From: an uncultured Bacteroidales bacterium
GTDB taxonomy: Bacteria > Bacteroidota > Bacteroidia > Bacteroidales > Paludibacteraceae
Direction of reading: 5' to 3'
NCBI GenBank assembly: GCA_903929065.1
Contig: CAIYTJ010000335.1
Location: 1-59,248 of the forward strand
Length of the DNA stretch: 59,248 nucleotides
Part shown: piece after piece, positions 1 through 12,500 of the stretch
Position numbering within the stretch: the stretch's first letter is position 1
Layout: each line of letters starts with the position of its first letter
The notes under the pieces: model-generated
The model's database searches: none
The model's input: only the letters and a program-made list of their open reading frames with translations
Told to the model about the DNA's origin: nothing
Made by a program: the position numbers and the translations under genes

Positions 1-61
1 AATTAAAAATAGTTCTTGTAATAATTGAACTTTCAGTATTAAATAATCATTTCATAAGTAG

Positions 62-69
62 TATCTTTG
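62..69 (+). promoter_or_regulatory. Bacteroidota sigma-A -7 promoter box (TAnnTTTG) for uvrA
   Basis: TATCTTTG matches TAnnTTTG and lies 28 bp before a GTG at 97. Confidence 0.6.
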
Positions 70-96
70 CAGGTCCAAAAAATAAAAGAAGAAAAC

Positions 97-2892
97 GTGT
101 CAAAACAGGGAAATATCATTATAAAAGGAGCTCGGGTCCACAACCTGAAAAATATCGATGTAGAAATTCCACGCAATAAATTAGTTGTTATCACCGGACT
201 TTCCGGTTCCGGAAAATCGTCACTTGCATTTGATACACTTTATGCTGAAGGTCAGCGTCGTTACGTTGAAAGTCTTTCGTCTTACGCCCGTCAGTTTCTG
301 GGCCGAATGAGCAAACCCGAAGTCGATTATATAAAAGGAATACCGCCGGCAATTGCCATTGAACAAAAAGTAAATACCCGAAATCCACGTTCCACGGTGG
401 GAACTTCCACCGAAATTTACGAATATATCAAACTTCTTTATGCGCGGATTGGAAAAACCTATTCGCCCATTTCGGGCAATCTGGTTCAAAAACACGAAGC
501 GCAGGATGTGATTGATGCTGCAATGAATTTTCCGGACGGAACAAAGTTGATGGTTTTGACTTCGGTGGTTCCCACAACTGACAGGACTGTGACCGAACAA
601 CTTCAAAGTCTTCAATTACAAGGTTTCAGCCGCGTGGAAGTGGATGGAGAAACACTTCAAATCAGCGAATTGCTGAATAATAAAACGGATTTTGCCAACA
701 AAGAAGTGTTTTTGCTGATTGACCGGTTGGTGGTTGAACATTCGCAAACTGCTATCAGCCGATTGACGGATTCTGTTGAAACTGCATTTTTTGAAGGAAA
801 CGGAGTTTGTCTGTTGAAAGTTTTTGTAGAGAATGAACCCAAATTGCTCTATTTTTCAAAGAAATTTGAGGCTGATGGAATGCATTTTGAAATTCCATCG
901 GTTCACACATTCAGTTTCAACAGTCCGATTGGTGCTTGTCCGACTTGCGAAGGATTCGGAAAAGTGATTGGAATTGATGAAGATTTAGTGGTTCCGAACA
1001 AAACACTTTCCATTTTCGAAGATGCCGTGGTTTGCTGGAAAGGCGAAGTAATGAGCGAATGGAAAAACCAGCTGATTCATTCGGCAGCGAAATTCAATTT
1101 TCCGGTTCACAAACCGTATTATGAACTGACCGACGAACAACGCCAGCTGATTTGGACCGGAAACCGGTATTTCGAAGGACTGAATGCGTTTTTCAAGCAC
1201 TTGGAAGCCAATCAGTATAAAATCCAGTATCGTGTTATGCTGGCGCGTTACCGTGGCAAAACCATTTGTCCCGATTGCAATGGAAGCCGGTTGAAAAAGG
1301 AAGCATCCTACATCAAAATAGATGGAAAATCCATTTCCGAGCTGGTTTTGATGTCAATTTATAAACTTAACGATTTTTTTCAACATATCAATTTAGACGA
1401 ACAGGATGCTGCCATTGCCAAAAGGCTGATGGTTGAAATTACCAACCGAATCAACTTTTTGCTCGATGTCGGCCTGGGTTATCTGACGTTGAACCGTTTG
1501 TCAAATTCTCTTTCAGGTGGTGAAAGTCAGCGCATTAATCTGGCCACTTCGCTGGGAAGCAGTTTGGTCGGTTCGTTGTATATTCTGGACGAACCAAGTA
1601 TCGGGCTTCATTCCCGCGACACTCATTTGCTGATAAAAGTGTTGAAACAACTTCGTGATTTGGGAAATACGGTGGTTGTGGTGGAACACGACGAAGAAAT
1701 CATGCGTGCTGCTGATTATCTGATTGATATTGGGCCAAATGCAGGAAGGTTGGGTGGAAAAATTGTATATAACGGAACTCTCGATTCGATTTCTGAAAAC
1801 CCTGATTTTGAAAATTCCTATACACTGAAATACTTATTGGGAAAGGAACAAATTGATATTCCAATTCACCGACGGAAATGGAATAATTACATTGAAGTGC
1901 TTGGAGCGCGCGAAAATAACCTGAAAGGAATCAATGTCAAATTCCCGTTAAATGTGATGACGGTTGTAACCGGTGTGAGCGGTTCTGGGAAATCGTCGCT
2001 GGTACGAAATGTGTTTTATGCGGCTTTGAAAAAACATTACGGCGGCGTGGCCGACCGAACCGGACAATTTGGAACGCTGAAAGGCAGTATGCATCTGGCA
2101 AAAGACATCGAATTTGTTGATCAAAACCCGATTGGTCGTTCTTCTCGCTCCAATCCGGTGACTTATATTAAAGCATATGACGAAATCCGTAAACTTTTTG
2201 CTGATCAGCAACTTTCGAAGCAAATGAATTATTCGGCTTCCCATTTTTCGTTTAATACCGAAGGTGGTCGTTGCGAAGAATGTCAGGGCGAAGGAACGGT
2301 AACGGTGGAAATGCAGTTTATGGCCGATTTAGTGCTGGAGTGTGAACATTGCCATGGGAAACGATTCAAACAGGACATTCTGGATGTTCATTATAAAGAT
2401 GTCAATATTTTTGATGTGCTGGAGATGACAGTCAATCAGGCGATTGAGTTTTTTAGCGCTCAAACCGGAAATACAGAAAAGAAAATCGTCAAACGGTTGA
2501 AACCGTTGCAGGATGTTGGTGTTGGCTATGTAAAACTCGGACAATCGAGCAGCACACTTTCGGGTGGTGAAAGTCAGCGAGTGAAATTAGCTTCATTTTT
2601 GGCAAACGAAAAACCCGAACCAACCATTTTTGTGTTCGATGAACCAACCACCGGGCTTCATTTCCATGATATAAAAACATTGCTGAAAGCCTTTGATGCA
2701 TTGATTCTTAAAGGTCATACGGTAATTATAATTGAGCATAATATTGAAGTAATCAAATGTGCTGACCACATAATAGATATCGGTCCCGAAGGTGGCGACA
2801 AAGGCGGAACATTGGTTTTTGAAGGAACTCCGGAAGAAATCAGATTCTGTGAGAATTCCTATACCGGAAAGTTTTTGAAGGAAAAGATATAA
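97..2892 (+). CDS. uvrA: Excinuclease ABC subunit A
   Basis: [11 protein letters not shown] start, two Walker A motifs ([16 protein letters not shown]), two LSGGESQR signatures and CxxC zinc-finger pairs. Start moved from the TTG at 67 (inside the promoter box) to the GTG at 97. Confidence 0.96.
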   Translation: MSKQGNIIIKGARVHNLKNIDVEIPRNKLVVITGLSGSGKSSLAFDTLYAEGQRRYVESLSSYARQFLGRMSKPEVDYIKGIPPAIAIEQKVNTRNPRSTVGTSTEIYEYIKLLYARIGKTYSPISGNLVQKHEAQDVIDAAMNFPDGTKLMVLTSVVPTTDRTVTEQLQSLQLQGFSRVEVDGETLQISELLNNKTDFANKEVFLLIDRLVVEHSQTAISRLTDSVETAFFEGNGVCLLKVFVENEPKLLYFSKKFEADGMHFEIPSVHTFSFNSPIGACPTCEGFGKVIGIDEDLVVPNKTLSIFEDAVVCWKGEVMSEWKNQLIHSAAKFNFPVHKPYYELTDEQRQLIWTGNRYFEGLNAFFKHLEANQYKIQYRVMLARYRGKTICPDCNGSRLKKEASYIKIDGKSISELVLMSIYKLNDFFQHINLDEQDAAIAKRLMVEITNRINFLLDVGLGYLTLNRLSNSLSGGESQRINLATSLGSSLVGSLYILDEPSIGLHSRDTHLLIKVLKQLRDLGNTVVVVEHDEEIMRAADYLIDIGPNAGRLGGKIVYNGTLDSISENPDFENSYTLKYLLGKEQIDIPIHRRKWNNYIEVLGARENNLKGINVKFPLNVMTVVTGVSGSGKSSLVRNVFYAALKKHYGGVADRTGQFGTLKGSMHLAKDIEFVDQNPIGRSSRSNPVTYIKAYDEIRKLFADQQLSKQMNYSASHFSFNTEGGRCEECQGEGTVTVEMQFMADLVLECEHCHGKRFKQDILDVHYKDVNIFDVLEMTVNQAIEFFSAQTGNTEKKIVKRLKPLQDVGVGYVKLGQSSSTLSGGESQRVKLASFLANEKPEPTIFVFDEPTTGLHFHDIKTLLKAFDALILKGHTVIIIEHNIEVIKCADHIIDIGPEGGDKGGTLVFEGTPEEIRFCENSYTGKFLKEKI

Positions 2893-2932
2893 AAAAAGAA
2901 GCAGTTTCAATGTGATTTGAAGCTGCTTTTTT
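2893..2932. terminator. Bidirectional intrinsic terminator between convergent uvrA and copZ
   Basis: AAGCAGTTTCAA...TTGAAGCTGCTT stem with an A-tract on the left and a T-tract on the right. Confidence 0.7.
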
Positions 2933-2953
2933 AGTTGATGATTAATCTGAAAT

Positions 2954-3163
2954 TTAATTCATTCCTACTACTTCATAACCAATATTATCAACACAGGTTT
3001 TCAATGTGTCGTAACTAACTTCTTTTGAAAGTGAAAGTTTTGCCGAATTTGAGATTAAATCTACTTTGGCCTCTACTCCGTCAATGGAGTTCAACACTTT
3101 TTCAACCCGTGCGGCGCAATGACCGCAGCTCATTCCTTTTATTTGCAATGTTTTTTCTGACAT
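2954..3163 (-). CDS. copZ: Heavy-metal-associated (HMA) copper chaperone, CopZ-like
   Basis: 69 aa with GMSCGHC motif, directly downstream of the Cu-ATPase. Confidence 0.85.
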   Translation of the reverse strand: MSEKTLQIKGMSCGHCAARVEKVLNSIDGVEAKVDLISNSAKLSLSKEVSYDTLKTCVDNIGYEVVGMN

Positions 3164-3187
3164 AACTAGCTCTATTTAATTGATTTA

Positions 3188-5503
3188 TTATTTAATTGTT
3201 GATTGTGAAACGGTTGGTTTAAACCGCATCAAACGTAAAGCATTCAATACCACAGTTACTGAACTCAAACTCATGGCAGCAGCAGCAAACATTGGATTCA
3301 ATTTCCAATCCAACATGGTATAAAATACACCTGCAGCAAGTGGAATTCCAATAATATTATAAATAAATGCCCAGAATAAATTTTGTTTTATATTCAACAT
3401 AACGGCATTACTGAGTCGGAGCGTGGTAACAGCATCGAGTAAGTCGCTTCTCATCAATACCACATCAGCCGAATCTATGGCAATATCTGTTCCTGCTCCG
3501 ATCGCAATTCCAAGATTAGCTCGTGTAAGCGCTGGTGCATCGTTAATCCCATCACCAATCATGGCAACAATTTTACCTGCAGCTTGTAACCGGGCAATTT
3601 CTTTGTCTTTGTCTTGTGGAAGCACATCAGCAATCACCGTTGAAATACCAAGTTGATGTTGCATGGCGGCAGCTGTTTTGGCATTATCACCTGTGAGCAT
3701 TATAACGTCTATTCCTAACGCTTGTAACTTTTCGATTGCTTCCTTGCTGGTTGCTTTTAATACATCTGCAACTGCAATGACGCCCAGAATTTCAGTATCA
3801 CAGGCAATAAAAAATGGGGTTTTTCCTTCATCGGCAAGTTTATCGGCCAATGGTTCAAAATCGAGCAAATTTACTTTGCGGTCAATCATTAATTTCAGAT
3901 TTCCGGCCACATAATTTTTTTCATTTATAATGCCTTCAATACCCAAGCCTGCAATTGCCTGAAAGTTTTCAATGGAGTGAAGTTTGATTTTTAGTTCTTT
4001 TGCTTTGACTAAAATGGCTTCTGCCAATGGGTGTTCAGATGGTTCTTCCAACGAAGCTGCAATTTCCAACAAATGCTTTTCAGTAACCGTTTTTGCTGTA
4101 AAAATATTCGTTACACGTGGTTTTCCTTCGGTCAAAGTACCTGTTTTATCCAAAACAACCGTATCAATTTTGTTTGCCATTTGAAGTGATTCGGCCGATT
4201 TAATAAGAATTCCGTGTTCGGCACCTTTTCCGGTACCAACCATAATGGCAACGGGAGTGGCCAAACCAAGTGCACAAGGACAGGAAATAACCAATACCGC
4301 AATACCCATTGAAAGTGCAAAAGCAAAATCGAGATGCATTTCCGGATTATGCTTTGCAAAGTAGCTCCAGAAAATGGTTGAGATAATTGCAATCAAAATA
4401 ACAACAGGCACAAAAATACTGCTTATTTTGTCTGCCAGTTTGGAAATCGGAGCTTTGGAGGAAGCAGCATCTTCGACTAATTGTATAATTTGGGAAAGTG
4501 TGGTGTCATTTCCGATTTTAGTTGCCTTAATGGTAAAAACACCTGATTTATTAACACTTGCTGAAAGCACGGTATCACCTTTTTGTTTGAAAACGGGAAT
4601 ACTTTCTCCCGTCAGCGCCGATTCATCAACCGAAGAATTTCCACTAATAATAATTCCATCTACCGGGACACGTTGTCCGGGACGAACTACCACCATTTCG
4701 TTCAGTTCAACCTCTTCAACCGGAACTTCCATCTCGATTTTATTACGCATAACATTTGCTGTTTTAGGCGATAAGTCCATCAAGTGCGTAATAGCATCCG
4801 AAGTTCGGCTTTTTGATTTCGCTTCAAGGTATTTTCCAAGAGTAATCAATGTAAGAATTGTTCCGGCTGATTCAAAATATAAATCATCCATGTACCTGCT
4901 AACCGTTACCAAATATCCATGCCGCAATGCAAATGAGATGCGAAAAAGTGCATATAAACCATATAAGATGGCCGCTGATGAACCCATGGCTATAAGCGAA
5001 TCCATATTCGGTGAAAGTTTTATCAGCGATTTGAACCCGTTTATAAAGTAATTACGATTATTATAAACAATAGGCAACAACAGCCAAAACTGAAGAAAAG
5101 CATAATAAAAACTATATTCAATTGTATGCAAGACTGCGGGATAAGGTAACCCGAGCATATGGCCCATCGAAACATACAACAAGGGAATTAAAAATGCGAC
5201 AGAAATGATTAAATGATATTTCATTTTTTTCTGCTCTTCGAGAATATAATCTATTTTCGAACCAGACTTGGAAGCCGAATTTACTACAATATGACGAACA
5301 TGAGCCTCATAACCAGCCATTTCAACCGATTTTTCAATCATATCGGTTGTAAGATGTAAATCATCAAAATCTACCACCATGCTATTTGTCAACAAATTAA
5401 CATTTACTGATTTTACCGCTGGGAGTTTTCCAACATTTTTTTCAATATTGGCAACACAAGCGGCACATGACATACCTGTAACATCAAATTTTTCGATTTT
5501 CAT
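3188..5503 (-). CDS. copA: Copper-translocating P1B-type ATPase
   Basis: N-terminal [31 protein letters not shown] and YN in the distal TM helix. Confidence 0.93.
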   Translation of the reverse strand: MKIEKFDVTGMSCAACVANIEKNVGKLPAVKSVNVNLLTNSMVVDFDDLHLTTDMIEKSVEMAGYEAHVRHIVVNSASKSGSKIDYILEEQKKMKYHLIISVAFLIPLLYVSMGHMLGLPYPAVLHTIEYSFYYAFLQFWLLLPIVYNNRNYFINGFKSLIKLSPNMDSLIAMGSSAAILYGLYALFRISFALRHGYLVTVSRYMDDLYFESAGTILTLITLGKYLEAKSKSRTSDAITHLMDLSPKTANVMRNKIEMEVPVEEVELNEMVVVRPGQRVPVDGIIISGNSSVDESALTGESIPVFKQKGDTVLSASVNKSGVFTIKATKIGNDTTLSQIIQLVEDAASSKAPISKLADKISSIFVPVVILIAIISTIFWSYFAKHNPEMHLDFAFALSMGIAVLVISCPCALGLATPVAIMVGTGKGAEHGILIKSAESLQMANKIDTVVLDKTGTLTEGKPRVTNIFTAKTVTEKHLLEIAASLEEPSEHPLAEAILVKAKELKIKLHSIENFQAIAGLGIEGIINEKNYVAGNLKLMIDRKVNLLDFEPLADKLADEGKTPFFIACDTEILGVIAVADVLKATSKEAIEKLQALGIDVIMLTGDNAKTAAAMQHQLGISTVIADVLPQDKDKEIARLQAAGKIVAMIGDGINDAPALTRANLGIAIGAGTDIAIDSADVVLMRSDLLDAVTTLRLSNAVMLNIKQNLFWAFIYNIIGIPLAAGVFYTMLDWKLNPMFAAAAMSLSSVTVVLNALRLMRFKPTVSQSTIK

Positions 5504-5626
5504 TTGACCGGATTAAGTTTGTACATAAAAAAACAGTTTTCAAAACATTAAGTTCAATCGGTTTTGATAGGTCTTGCAAGTTTAGCCAATTTTTTTGTCA
5601 CTACAAAATAAATGAGCTGTTTTTAC

Positions 5627-5634
5627 TACCTTTG
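5627..5634 (+). promoter_or_regulatory. -7 promoter box for the ThrE pair
   Basis: TACCTTTG, 34 bp upstream of the ATG at 5668. Confidence 0.55.
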
Positions 5635-5667
5635 CAGCCTGATTTGAATGTTTATTTGTAAAAAAAC

Positions 5668-6459
5668 ATGAAAGAGAATATAAATCCTAACGAACCTAAT
5701 ATCCAGGAAATTGCCGATTTACTGACGGATATTGCAGCCGAGTTAATGACAGCGGGTGCCCATACTATGCGGATAATCCAGAACATATCACGCATGGCCG
5801 GAAAATTCGGGTATTTCATAGAGCTTTCTGTTTTTCAACAAAGCATAATGATGACCATAACACATAAAGAAGATTCATCAAACCGGATAACATTAATTAA
5901 AAAAGCAAGATCACTTGTTTTGAATTTTACCATAGTTTCCGACCTGAGCGCATTAAGTTGGGACACTTTTGATAAGGACTTAACGTTCGACGAAATAAAG
6001 ATTCGGTATCATGAAGTAGTTACTCAAAAACGTATGTCGCGGTGGCTGGTATTAATATTGGTGGGTTGTGCCAATGCAGCTTTTTGTGCCCTATTCAAAG
6101 GCGACTTATACGCTATCGGACTTGTTTTCGGTGCTACCATTGTAGGTTTTTATTTGCGTCAAGAGATGATAAAAAAGCACATTAATCATTTGATTGTTTT
6201 TACTACAAGCGCTTTTGTGGCTTCATTAATAGCAGGATTGGGTTATGTTTTTCATTTAGGAAGCACACCTGAAGTGGCTTTGGCATCAAGTGTCCTATAT
6301 CTTATTCCGGGTGTGCCGCTGATTAATTCTATTTTAGATATTATTGAAGGACATGTTTTGACCGGAATAGCACGGCTCGTGAATGCCACCAGCTTAATAG
6401 TTTGTATCGCTATCGGATTGTTTTCATCTATGCTCATTTTAGGTCTCGAAAAATTATGA
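5668..6459 (+). CDS. Threonine/serine exporter family protein (ThrE/YjjP-like)
   Basis: Soluble N-terminal part (AGAHTMRI) followed by TM helices and LYLIPGVPLINSILD. Confidence 0.85.
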   Translation: MKENINPNEPNIQEIADLLTDIAAELMTAGAHTMRIIQNISRMAGKFGYFIELSVFQQSIMMTITHKEDSSNRITLIKKARSLVLNFTIVSDLSALSWDTFDKDLTFDEIKIRYHEVVTQKRMSRWLVLILVGCANAAFCALFKGDLYAIGLVFGATIVGFYLRQEMIKKHINHLIVFTTSAFVASLIAGLGYVFHLGSTPEVALASSVLYLIPGVPLINSILDIIEGHVLTGIARLVNATSLIVCIAIGLFSSMLILGLEKL

Positions 6460-6950
6460 TAAGCACTGAATTTCTTTGTTTGATATTAATTGATGGATTA
6501 TTGGCAGCCATTGCTTCCATTGGTTTTGCTGTTATTTCGAATCCTTCGCGAAAGGCTATCGCTGTTTCAGCATTGCTGGCTGCTTTTGGACATGGGTTGC
6601 GTTTTGCATTAATAAAATCGGGATTGGAAATATGGCTGGCAACATTCGTGGCGGCTTCCTGTATCGGATTATTGAGTATCTGGTTTGCGCGGATTATTCA
6701 TTGTCCGGCCGAAGTATTCTCGTTTCCTTCGTTGTTGCCCATGATTCCCGGGTTGTTTGCCTACCGCACTATTCTTGGATTAATCAAATTTCTGCAATGC
6801 ACCGATGCTACAAAAGCGCAGGGTTTTATGATGGATTTTTTCCGGAATGGACTCACTACCACGTTTATTCTTTTTGCATTAGTGGTTGGCGTATCGTTGC
6901 CGGTACTTTTCTTTCCTAAGCTTTCGTTTTCGGTAACCAGGAAATATTGA
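6456..6950 (+). CDS. ThrE_2/YjjB-like exporter partner subunit
   Basis: Hydrophobic protein with PSLLPMIPG motif. The ATG at 6456 overlaps the upstream stop (ATGA), so this start is preferred over 6402. Confidence 0.82.
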   Translation: MISTEFLCLILIDGLLAAIASIGFAVISNPSRKAIAVSALLAAFGHGLRFALIKSGLEIWLATFVAASCIGLLSIWFARIIHCPAEVFSFPSLLPMIPGLFAYRTILGLIKFLQCTDATKAQGFMMDFFRNGLTTTFILFALVVGVSLPVLFFPKLSFSVTRKY

Positions 6951-6990
6951 ATTTGATTCCAAAAAAATAAAAACAAGGCAGATTTCACCC

Positions 6991-9420
6991 TCATTTACTC
7001 AAAATCTTAAACCTGCGCTTTACAATATTTCCTTCTTCGTCCTCCACTGTCAGGATATGATCGCCCATGGCAGGTGAAACCTCAATTTTGTGTGTTCCTT
7101 TGGTTTGGGTAATATAATCTTTGTCGATATGCCAGAACAGAACCGCATTCGGGTTGCGATGCACGGCTTCAAAAATAAGCATACCCTCTTCCTCATCTAC
7201 TCCTTTGGGAATATAAAAGGCCGAATTGTTGTCGGGTTCCAGAATATCAATCACATGTTCGCGCTGCGGCTGGCAACCTTTCATATAAGGTGGCAACTGG
7301 GTATATTCCGGATGGTACTTCCGGTAAAAATACTCCTGCGATGGCGGTAATACAAACCACGAAGCAATATGCATACTTCCAACCGGATAACACTGGCCGG
7401 TAACCCGGTATGTCTCGGTGGAATCAAGAAAAACAGCCTGATGAAACGGACAGGCTTTAACCCGGTTTCCCCGCTTGGGAACATATAACGTGTCGGCTTC
7501 ACAACGGTCGGTGGCACGAAAACCGCTTTGGCGGCAAACTCCGATTCGCTCCATATCCGAACGGGGCTCTTCAAACCACTTTGTGGGGTTCAGGAATTTA
7601 AAAATCTCAAACATCACAGGAGCTGCATGCGTAACTCCGGTAAGTCCGGGGCGCCCTTCCCCCGTGGAATTGCCCACCCATACCCCAACGGTGTATTGTG
7701 GTGTTACTCCAACAGCCCATGCATCGCGCGAGCCAAAACTCGTACCCGTTTTCCAACCGATTTTATGCGTGGAGGCAAAATAGTCCCAACCCATCTCGCC
7801 CCACGGACGGTTTACAGTGGAGAGTGCATCCAACGTGCACCAGACAGCTCCTGCACTGAGTTTGGATTGATCGGTTAATTCGGGTTTTTCCACGTTTTTA
7901 TCGAACAGATAATGCGCTTTGCGGTAATCGTTGGCATCGTACTTTCCATAATTATCACCATACGATAAAAGTGAACGACCAAGCGCGGCATACATGGACG
8001 TGGTTTCGTAAAGGCTTACCTCTGCGCCTCCAAGTATAAGCGCCAACCCGTAATAGGATGGCGGTTGGGTGATGGTCGTGAAACCTAAGTTCCGTAATAC
8101 ACTATGAAACTTATCGACTCCATACTGTTCAAGTTCCCTTACCGCCGGAATGTTCAGCGAATGTGCCAATGCCAGGCTGGCAGGTACAGCACCTTCATAG
8201 GTTTTTTCAAAATTCTCCGGAGCATATCCACCAAAGCGTGTGGGAATATCAGCTACCAGCGAGTTAGGCAGCAATTCGCCATCGTTCAGCATAGAGGCAT
8301 ACAAAAACGGTTTTAAAATACTCCCGGAGCTGCGGACAGAAACCACATTATCCACATATTGTTCCTTTTTCTGGTCGGGAATTTCGGCATTACCCACATA
8401 AGCCAGTATTTCTCCGGTCTTTGTGTTTAAAACAAGTACGGCAATATTGTTGATATAGTTCTCCGAGTAATAACGGGCAAACTTGGTGGCCACACCCGTG
8501 GCAAATTGCTGTGTTTTGGTATCCAGGGTAGTGGTAATCCGCTTACCGGCAAAGCCATCGTTTACGGCTTTCTCCAGCAAATGGGATGCAAGTTGCGGCA
8601 ATGCCTGCGGTTTGGAGGGCAATGGTTCCGATTTGGCCAGTTCGCAGGTATTTTTGTCTATAATCTTTAGCCGGTGAAGCTTATCCAGTAACCTGTTGCG
8701 TTTTTTCAGGAAAATGTCGTGGTTCTTTCCCGGAAAAACAAGCGCCGGAGCATTCGGCAGAACGGCAAGTGCAGCCGTTTCGCCCCACGAAAGCCGATTG
8801 GCGGGGCGGTTGTAGTACCTCCACGAAGCAGCTTCCAGACCAATGACGTTTCCGCCAAAAGGAGCATGCGAAACATACAGATTCATAATCTCCTTTTTAC
8901 TGTAACCCAGTTCGAGTCGTACAGCCAGCACCATTTCTATTACCTTTGAGAAAAAGTTCCGGTTTTGCGCATTCCGGCTCAGGCGGATAACCTGCATACT
9001 CAGGGTACTTCCCCCGCTGACTACCCGGCCTTTGTGGATATATTGTACCAAAGCACGCCCGATGGAAACGGGATTTACGCCCGGATGATACGGGAAATAC
9101 TCATCTTCAAAACAACGAATGGATTCCCTGAATTTTACAGGTACGGTATCCGGCATTGGAAACCGCCACTGGTAATCGGGAGCTATACGTGCCGACAGAA
9201 AATTCCCGTTCCGGTCATCAATAATGGTGGAATAGGAAGTATTGAACAAAGGTTTGGGTAAGGAGAAATAAAACCAACCCAACAAGACCGAACTTACACA
9301 CACTATCCAGAAACGTGGTTTCGGATACTGCAGGCGGTGCTTTATGCACCAGCGCTTAAAGGCTTCAAAAGCCTTTAATGCAGTGGTTTTGAGGTTGGGG
9401 TAATCTATGCTGAGGGACAT
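6991..9420 (-). CDS. pbpC: Penicillin-binding protein 1C
   Basis: Transglycosylase motifs (EDEYF, SGGSTLSMQ), transpeptidase SILK / SLN / KTG and a C-terminal BiPBP-type domain; canonical partner of alpha-2-macroglobulin. Confidence 0.92.
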   Translation of the reverse strand: MSLSIDYPNLKTTALKAFEAFKRWCIKHRLQYPKPRFWIVCVSSVLLGWFYFSLPKPLFNTSYSTIIDDRNGNFLSARIAPDYQWRFPMPDTVPVKFRESIRCFEDEYFPYHPGVNPVSIGRALVQYIHKGRVVSGGSTLSMQVIRLSRNAQNRNFFSKVIEMVLAVRLELGYSKKEIMNLYVSHAPFGGNVIGLEAASWRYYNRPANRLSWGETAALAVLPNAPALVFPGKNHDIFLKKRNRLLDKLHRLKIIDKNTCELAKSEPLPSKPQALPQLASHLLEKAVNDGFAGKRITTTLDTKTQQFATGVATKFARYYSENYINNIAVLVLNTKTGEILAYVGNAEIPDQKKEQYVDNVVSVRSSGSILKPFLYASMLNDGELLPNSLVADIPTRFGGYAPENFEKTYEGAVPASLALAHSLNIPAVRELEQYGVDKFHSVLRNLGFTTITQPPSYYGLALILGGAEVSLYETTSMYAALGRSLLSYGDNYGKYDANDYRKAHYLFDKNVEKPELTDQSKLSAGAVWCTLDALSTVNRPWGEMGWDYFASTHKIGWKTGTSFGSRDAWAVGVTPQYTVGVWVGNSTGEGRPGLTGVTHAAPVMFEIFKFLNPTKWFEEPRSDMERIGVCRQSGFRATDRCEADTLYVPKRGNRVKACPFHQAVFLDSTETYRVTGQCYPVGSMHIASWFVLPPSQEYFYRKYHPEYTQLPPYMKGCQPQREHVIDILEPDNNSAFYIPKGVDEEEGMLIFEAVHRNPNAVLFWHIDKDYITQTKGTHKIEVSPAMGDHILTVEDEEGNIVKRRFKILSK

Positions 9421-9439
9421 TAATGGTGATTTGTTCTTG

Positions 9440-9535
9440 TTGAACCCCTCCGGGGTTCTTTGTTATTTTGTGTGTTCATCCCCCGGTTACGTTTCACTCA
9501 CCGGGGGTTATTCACATTATATCCCTTCGGGATAT
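9440..9535 (+). repeat. Three-hairpin REP-like element (copy 1)
   Basis: Palindromes GAACCCCTCCGGGGTTC (9442-9458), CCCCCGGT...ACCGGGGG (9480-9507) and ATATCCCTTCGGGATAT (9519-9535); same architecture inverted at 45257-45346. Confidence 0.7.
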
Positions 9536-9569
9536 TTTTTGCAATCTTTTCTACTTTCCTCTAACTTTC

Positions 9570-12500
9570 TCACTTCACCACACTAACCCATTGCCCCGGT
9601 GTTCGGGCTTGTACGGTATGATCATACATAGCATCACATTGCACCGCCGGCAGATAGAATGAACCCGGATAGGCTGCATTGAGCAATACCCTGAATACCT
9701 TTTTCTTCCCTTTTTCCAGATCGAAATACAATAATACCCGATCATCGCGGATATCCTGATACCTTGGAACGTCACCGGTCATCTTGGTGCTCTTAACTGC
9801 ATCCAACCTGGAGCTCATGATTTCCCAGCCTGAAGGGAAGATTTCCTGTATGGCCATATCCCTGTAGTTACTACGAACTCCCGGATGAACAACCGTAACT
9901 TCAGCATAAAAATCAGTTCCCTGTTTAAGCGTAACGGGGTTAAGCGGTTTATCTTTCATATCGAAATACCGCACTGTAAGCGAAAGGTTTTCAGCTGCCG
10001 CTTCGGTTTCTTTCATCAGAGGTATACCCTGCTGCTGAACACGTACATACAGGTTTTGTTTGGACTTATTTACTACCACTACGCTCTTTTTCAATCCTGA
10101 GTTGAAGTTTAGTTTGGATTGATAGATAGCCTTAGTGCTACTCACAACCGTCTTTACTCCATCAATGGATAAATCGAATTGCAAATTCTGACCGGTTGCA
10201 TTTACCGCGGCGTATTTCGATATAGCCATCAACATATAAGCTGCTGTTTGGGTGCTTAACCATTTATCGGACGAAAGCTGATTAGCCATATCCTCCACCA
10301 TTGGTTTAGCTTGTTCTGTACGTTTCAGTAAAACCAGTGTTTCCAGAATCATTGCCTGATCACGATCGGAACTTCCGTACGTATCCCAGTAATTTTCATT
10401 CAATGCAGGTTTCATTGACATTCCGTTTATAATTTGAGCAGCAATTTCCGGTTTACCTGCAACGGCATAGGCAGCAGCCAGCCTCCATTTTGCAGCATCA
10501 TTGACGCGTGGTGTTTCCCGCAAGCGGTTCATAGCACTTAAAACAGGCTTTTTAGCCAATGCCAGCGTGTAAAGCCGGTAAGCCTGAATCAAATCTAATC
10601 CGTAATTATTATTCGAAGGCTGCCAGTTGTTGGCTTGTGTTGTCTGGTAATTAATCCATGGCTCAAGTAACCCGACCGGAAGCAGATAACCGCGTGCCTG
10701 TGCTTCAAGCATAAAATGACCTGCATAATTTGTACCCCAGTCGCTGACACCGTTAGATATTCCCGGCCAGTAAGAGAAGGCACCATTAGAGAGTTGGTAC
10801 GATTTTATTTTATTCAGACAGGCATTTACATTGGTTTCAATTTCACCTTTTCGGACATCGCTCAAATCCATTACATTTTGCAGGAATAGTTGTGGAAAAG
10901 CAGCCGAAGTTATTTGTTCAATGCATCCGTGCGGATATTGAATCAGGTAATTCAGACTTTTCTGGATATTAATCGGGTAAATGTTCGAAACTTCAACCGT
11001 TCCATAATTGGTACCTTGTACACCAAAGGCTTCAATAGATTGCGTCCAGCTTTCGCCAGGTTTAACCGTGGCTTTTTCCGAACGGGTTACAGCCGGATTC
11101 GGCATTCTGATTTGCAGACTGGTCTCCGTGTACGCTTTATGTTCTCCTGAACTAACCGAAACAGCTATCTTTCCATAAGCAATCAGGTTCTTTACCTTTA
11201 CATTAAATTCAACAATCTTCTCACCGGTTTTATCAAATACCAGTTCGCGGGTTGAACCATCCGTTACTTCAAAATATTTATCGGATTCCATTTTTACCGT
11301 TACATTCTTTACCGACTTATCGGTGGCAAAAACGGTAACAGGAACCTTAATCGTTTCCGTAGGACTTACAACCCGTGGAAGTGTGGCCAAAACCATCAAC
11401 GCCTGCTTCACCGGAACAGTCTTTTCGGTAGAACCATAAGCACCTTTGTTGCCGGCAACAACCATCACACGGACAGAACCGATATAATTAGGCATCGTAA
11501 ACGACAATGTTTTGGATTCCTTTGCATCAAGGGCTATCGGTCCCTGAAAAAGAACCACCGGTTTAAACCGATTGTTGTTTTCCTTTCCTTTCCGGTTCAG
11601 ATACAAGTCACCACCAATGGCAAATAATCCCGAAAGCTTTCCGGTAAATGCTCCTGCAACGTATTTATATAAATCCCAGGTGCGAACTCCTAATGCTTCG
11701 TGTTTATAAAATTCATCCCACGGGTCGGGCGTTTTAAAACGGGTCAAATCAAGCAGCCCTTCGTCCACAATAGCAACCGTGCAGGTCATGGGTTTTCCCG
11801 AAGATTCTTTGACTGTTACCGAGAACTTTTCGTTTGGCTTCAATTCGTTTTTCATCGATATAACCGGCGAAAGATGCGTGGTCGGATCTTCGACAGTTAC
11901 CATTTGTACGCCGTACATTCGTATCGGAAAATCGTTTTTGCTGTGATTGTGCGGCTGAATATACGAAACATGGACGTAAATATTCGGAGCCATTTCCTGA
12001 GTTACTTTAAAGTCGAATTTAGTCTTGCCTTTTTCGGGTGTAAACCAGAAATTCTGAATCACGCGGCTTCCTGTTTCAATACTTACCAGTGCACGACCCT
12101 GATGAGTTACGGGTAATTCAATGGAGACTGTTTCACCAACCTTGTATTGTTTTTTATTTGTCTGGAATATCAGCATTTCAGCACCGCCCGGATTCTGACT
12201 TCCGGCATTACTCCACCAGTCTTTACCGGTAGTATAAAAAATAGCACCGGTGCTGTGCCCGCCATTGGTATCGGTTACGCGAATAAATTTCCGTCCCCAT
12301 ATTTCTCCGTTCAACGTCATTTCATAAATGGCACGACCGTTTTTTACCTGAATGTAATCGGTTTTCATCAGCTTGGTATGTTCTCCCGAAACATAATCAG
12401 CCGTGTTCTTTTCGGCAGATTGATCCCACCACCAACGCCAGTAGACACTGTAAATCTCAATTTTCAACCGACCATCCATTGGTTTTCCATTCTCATCAAC

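Noticed and set aside
67-96. Longest-ORF starts from the track (67, 6402, 15182, 29078, 29159, 35287, 38475, 43935, 46325)
   Set aside because: These upstream starts overlap or precede promoter boxes, repeats or neighbouring genes. Downstream ATG/GTG codons fit the family N-termini better.
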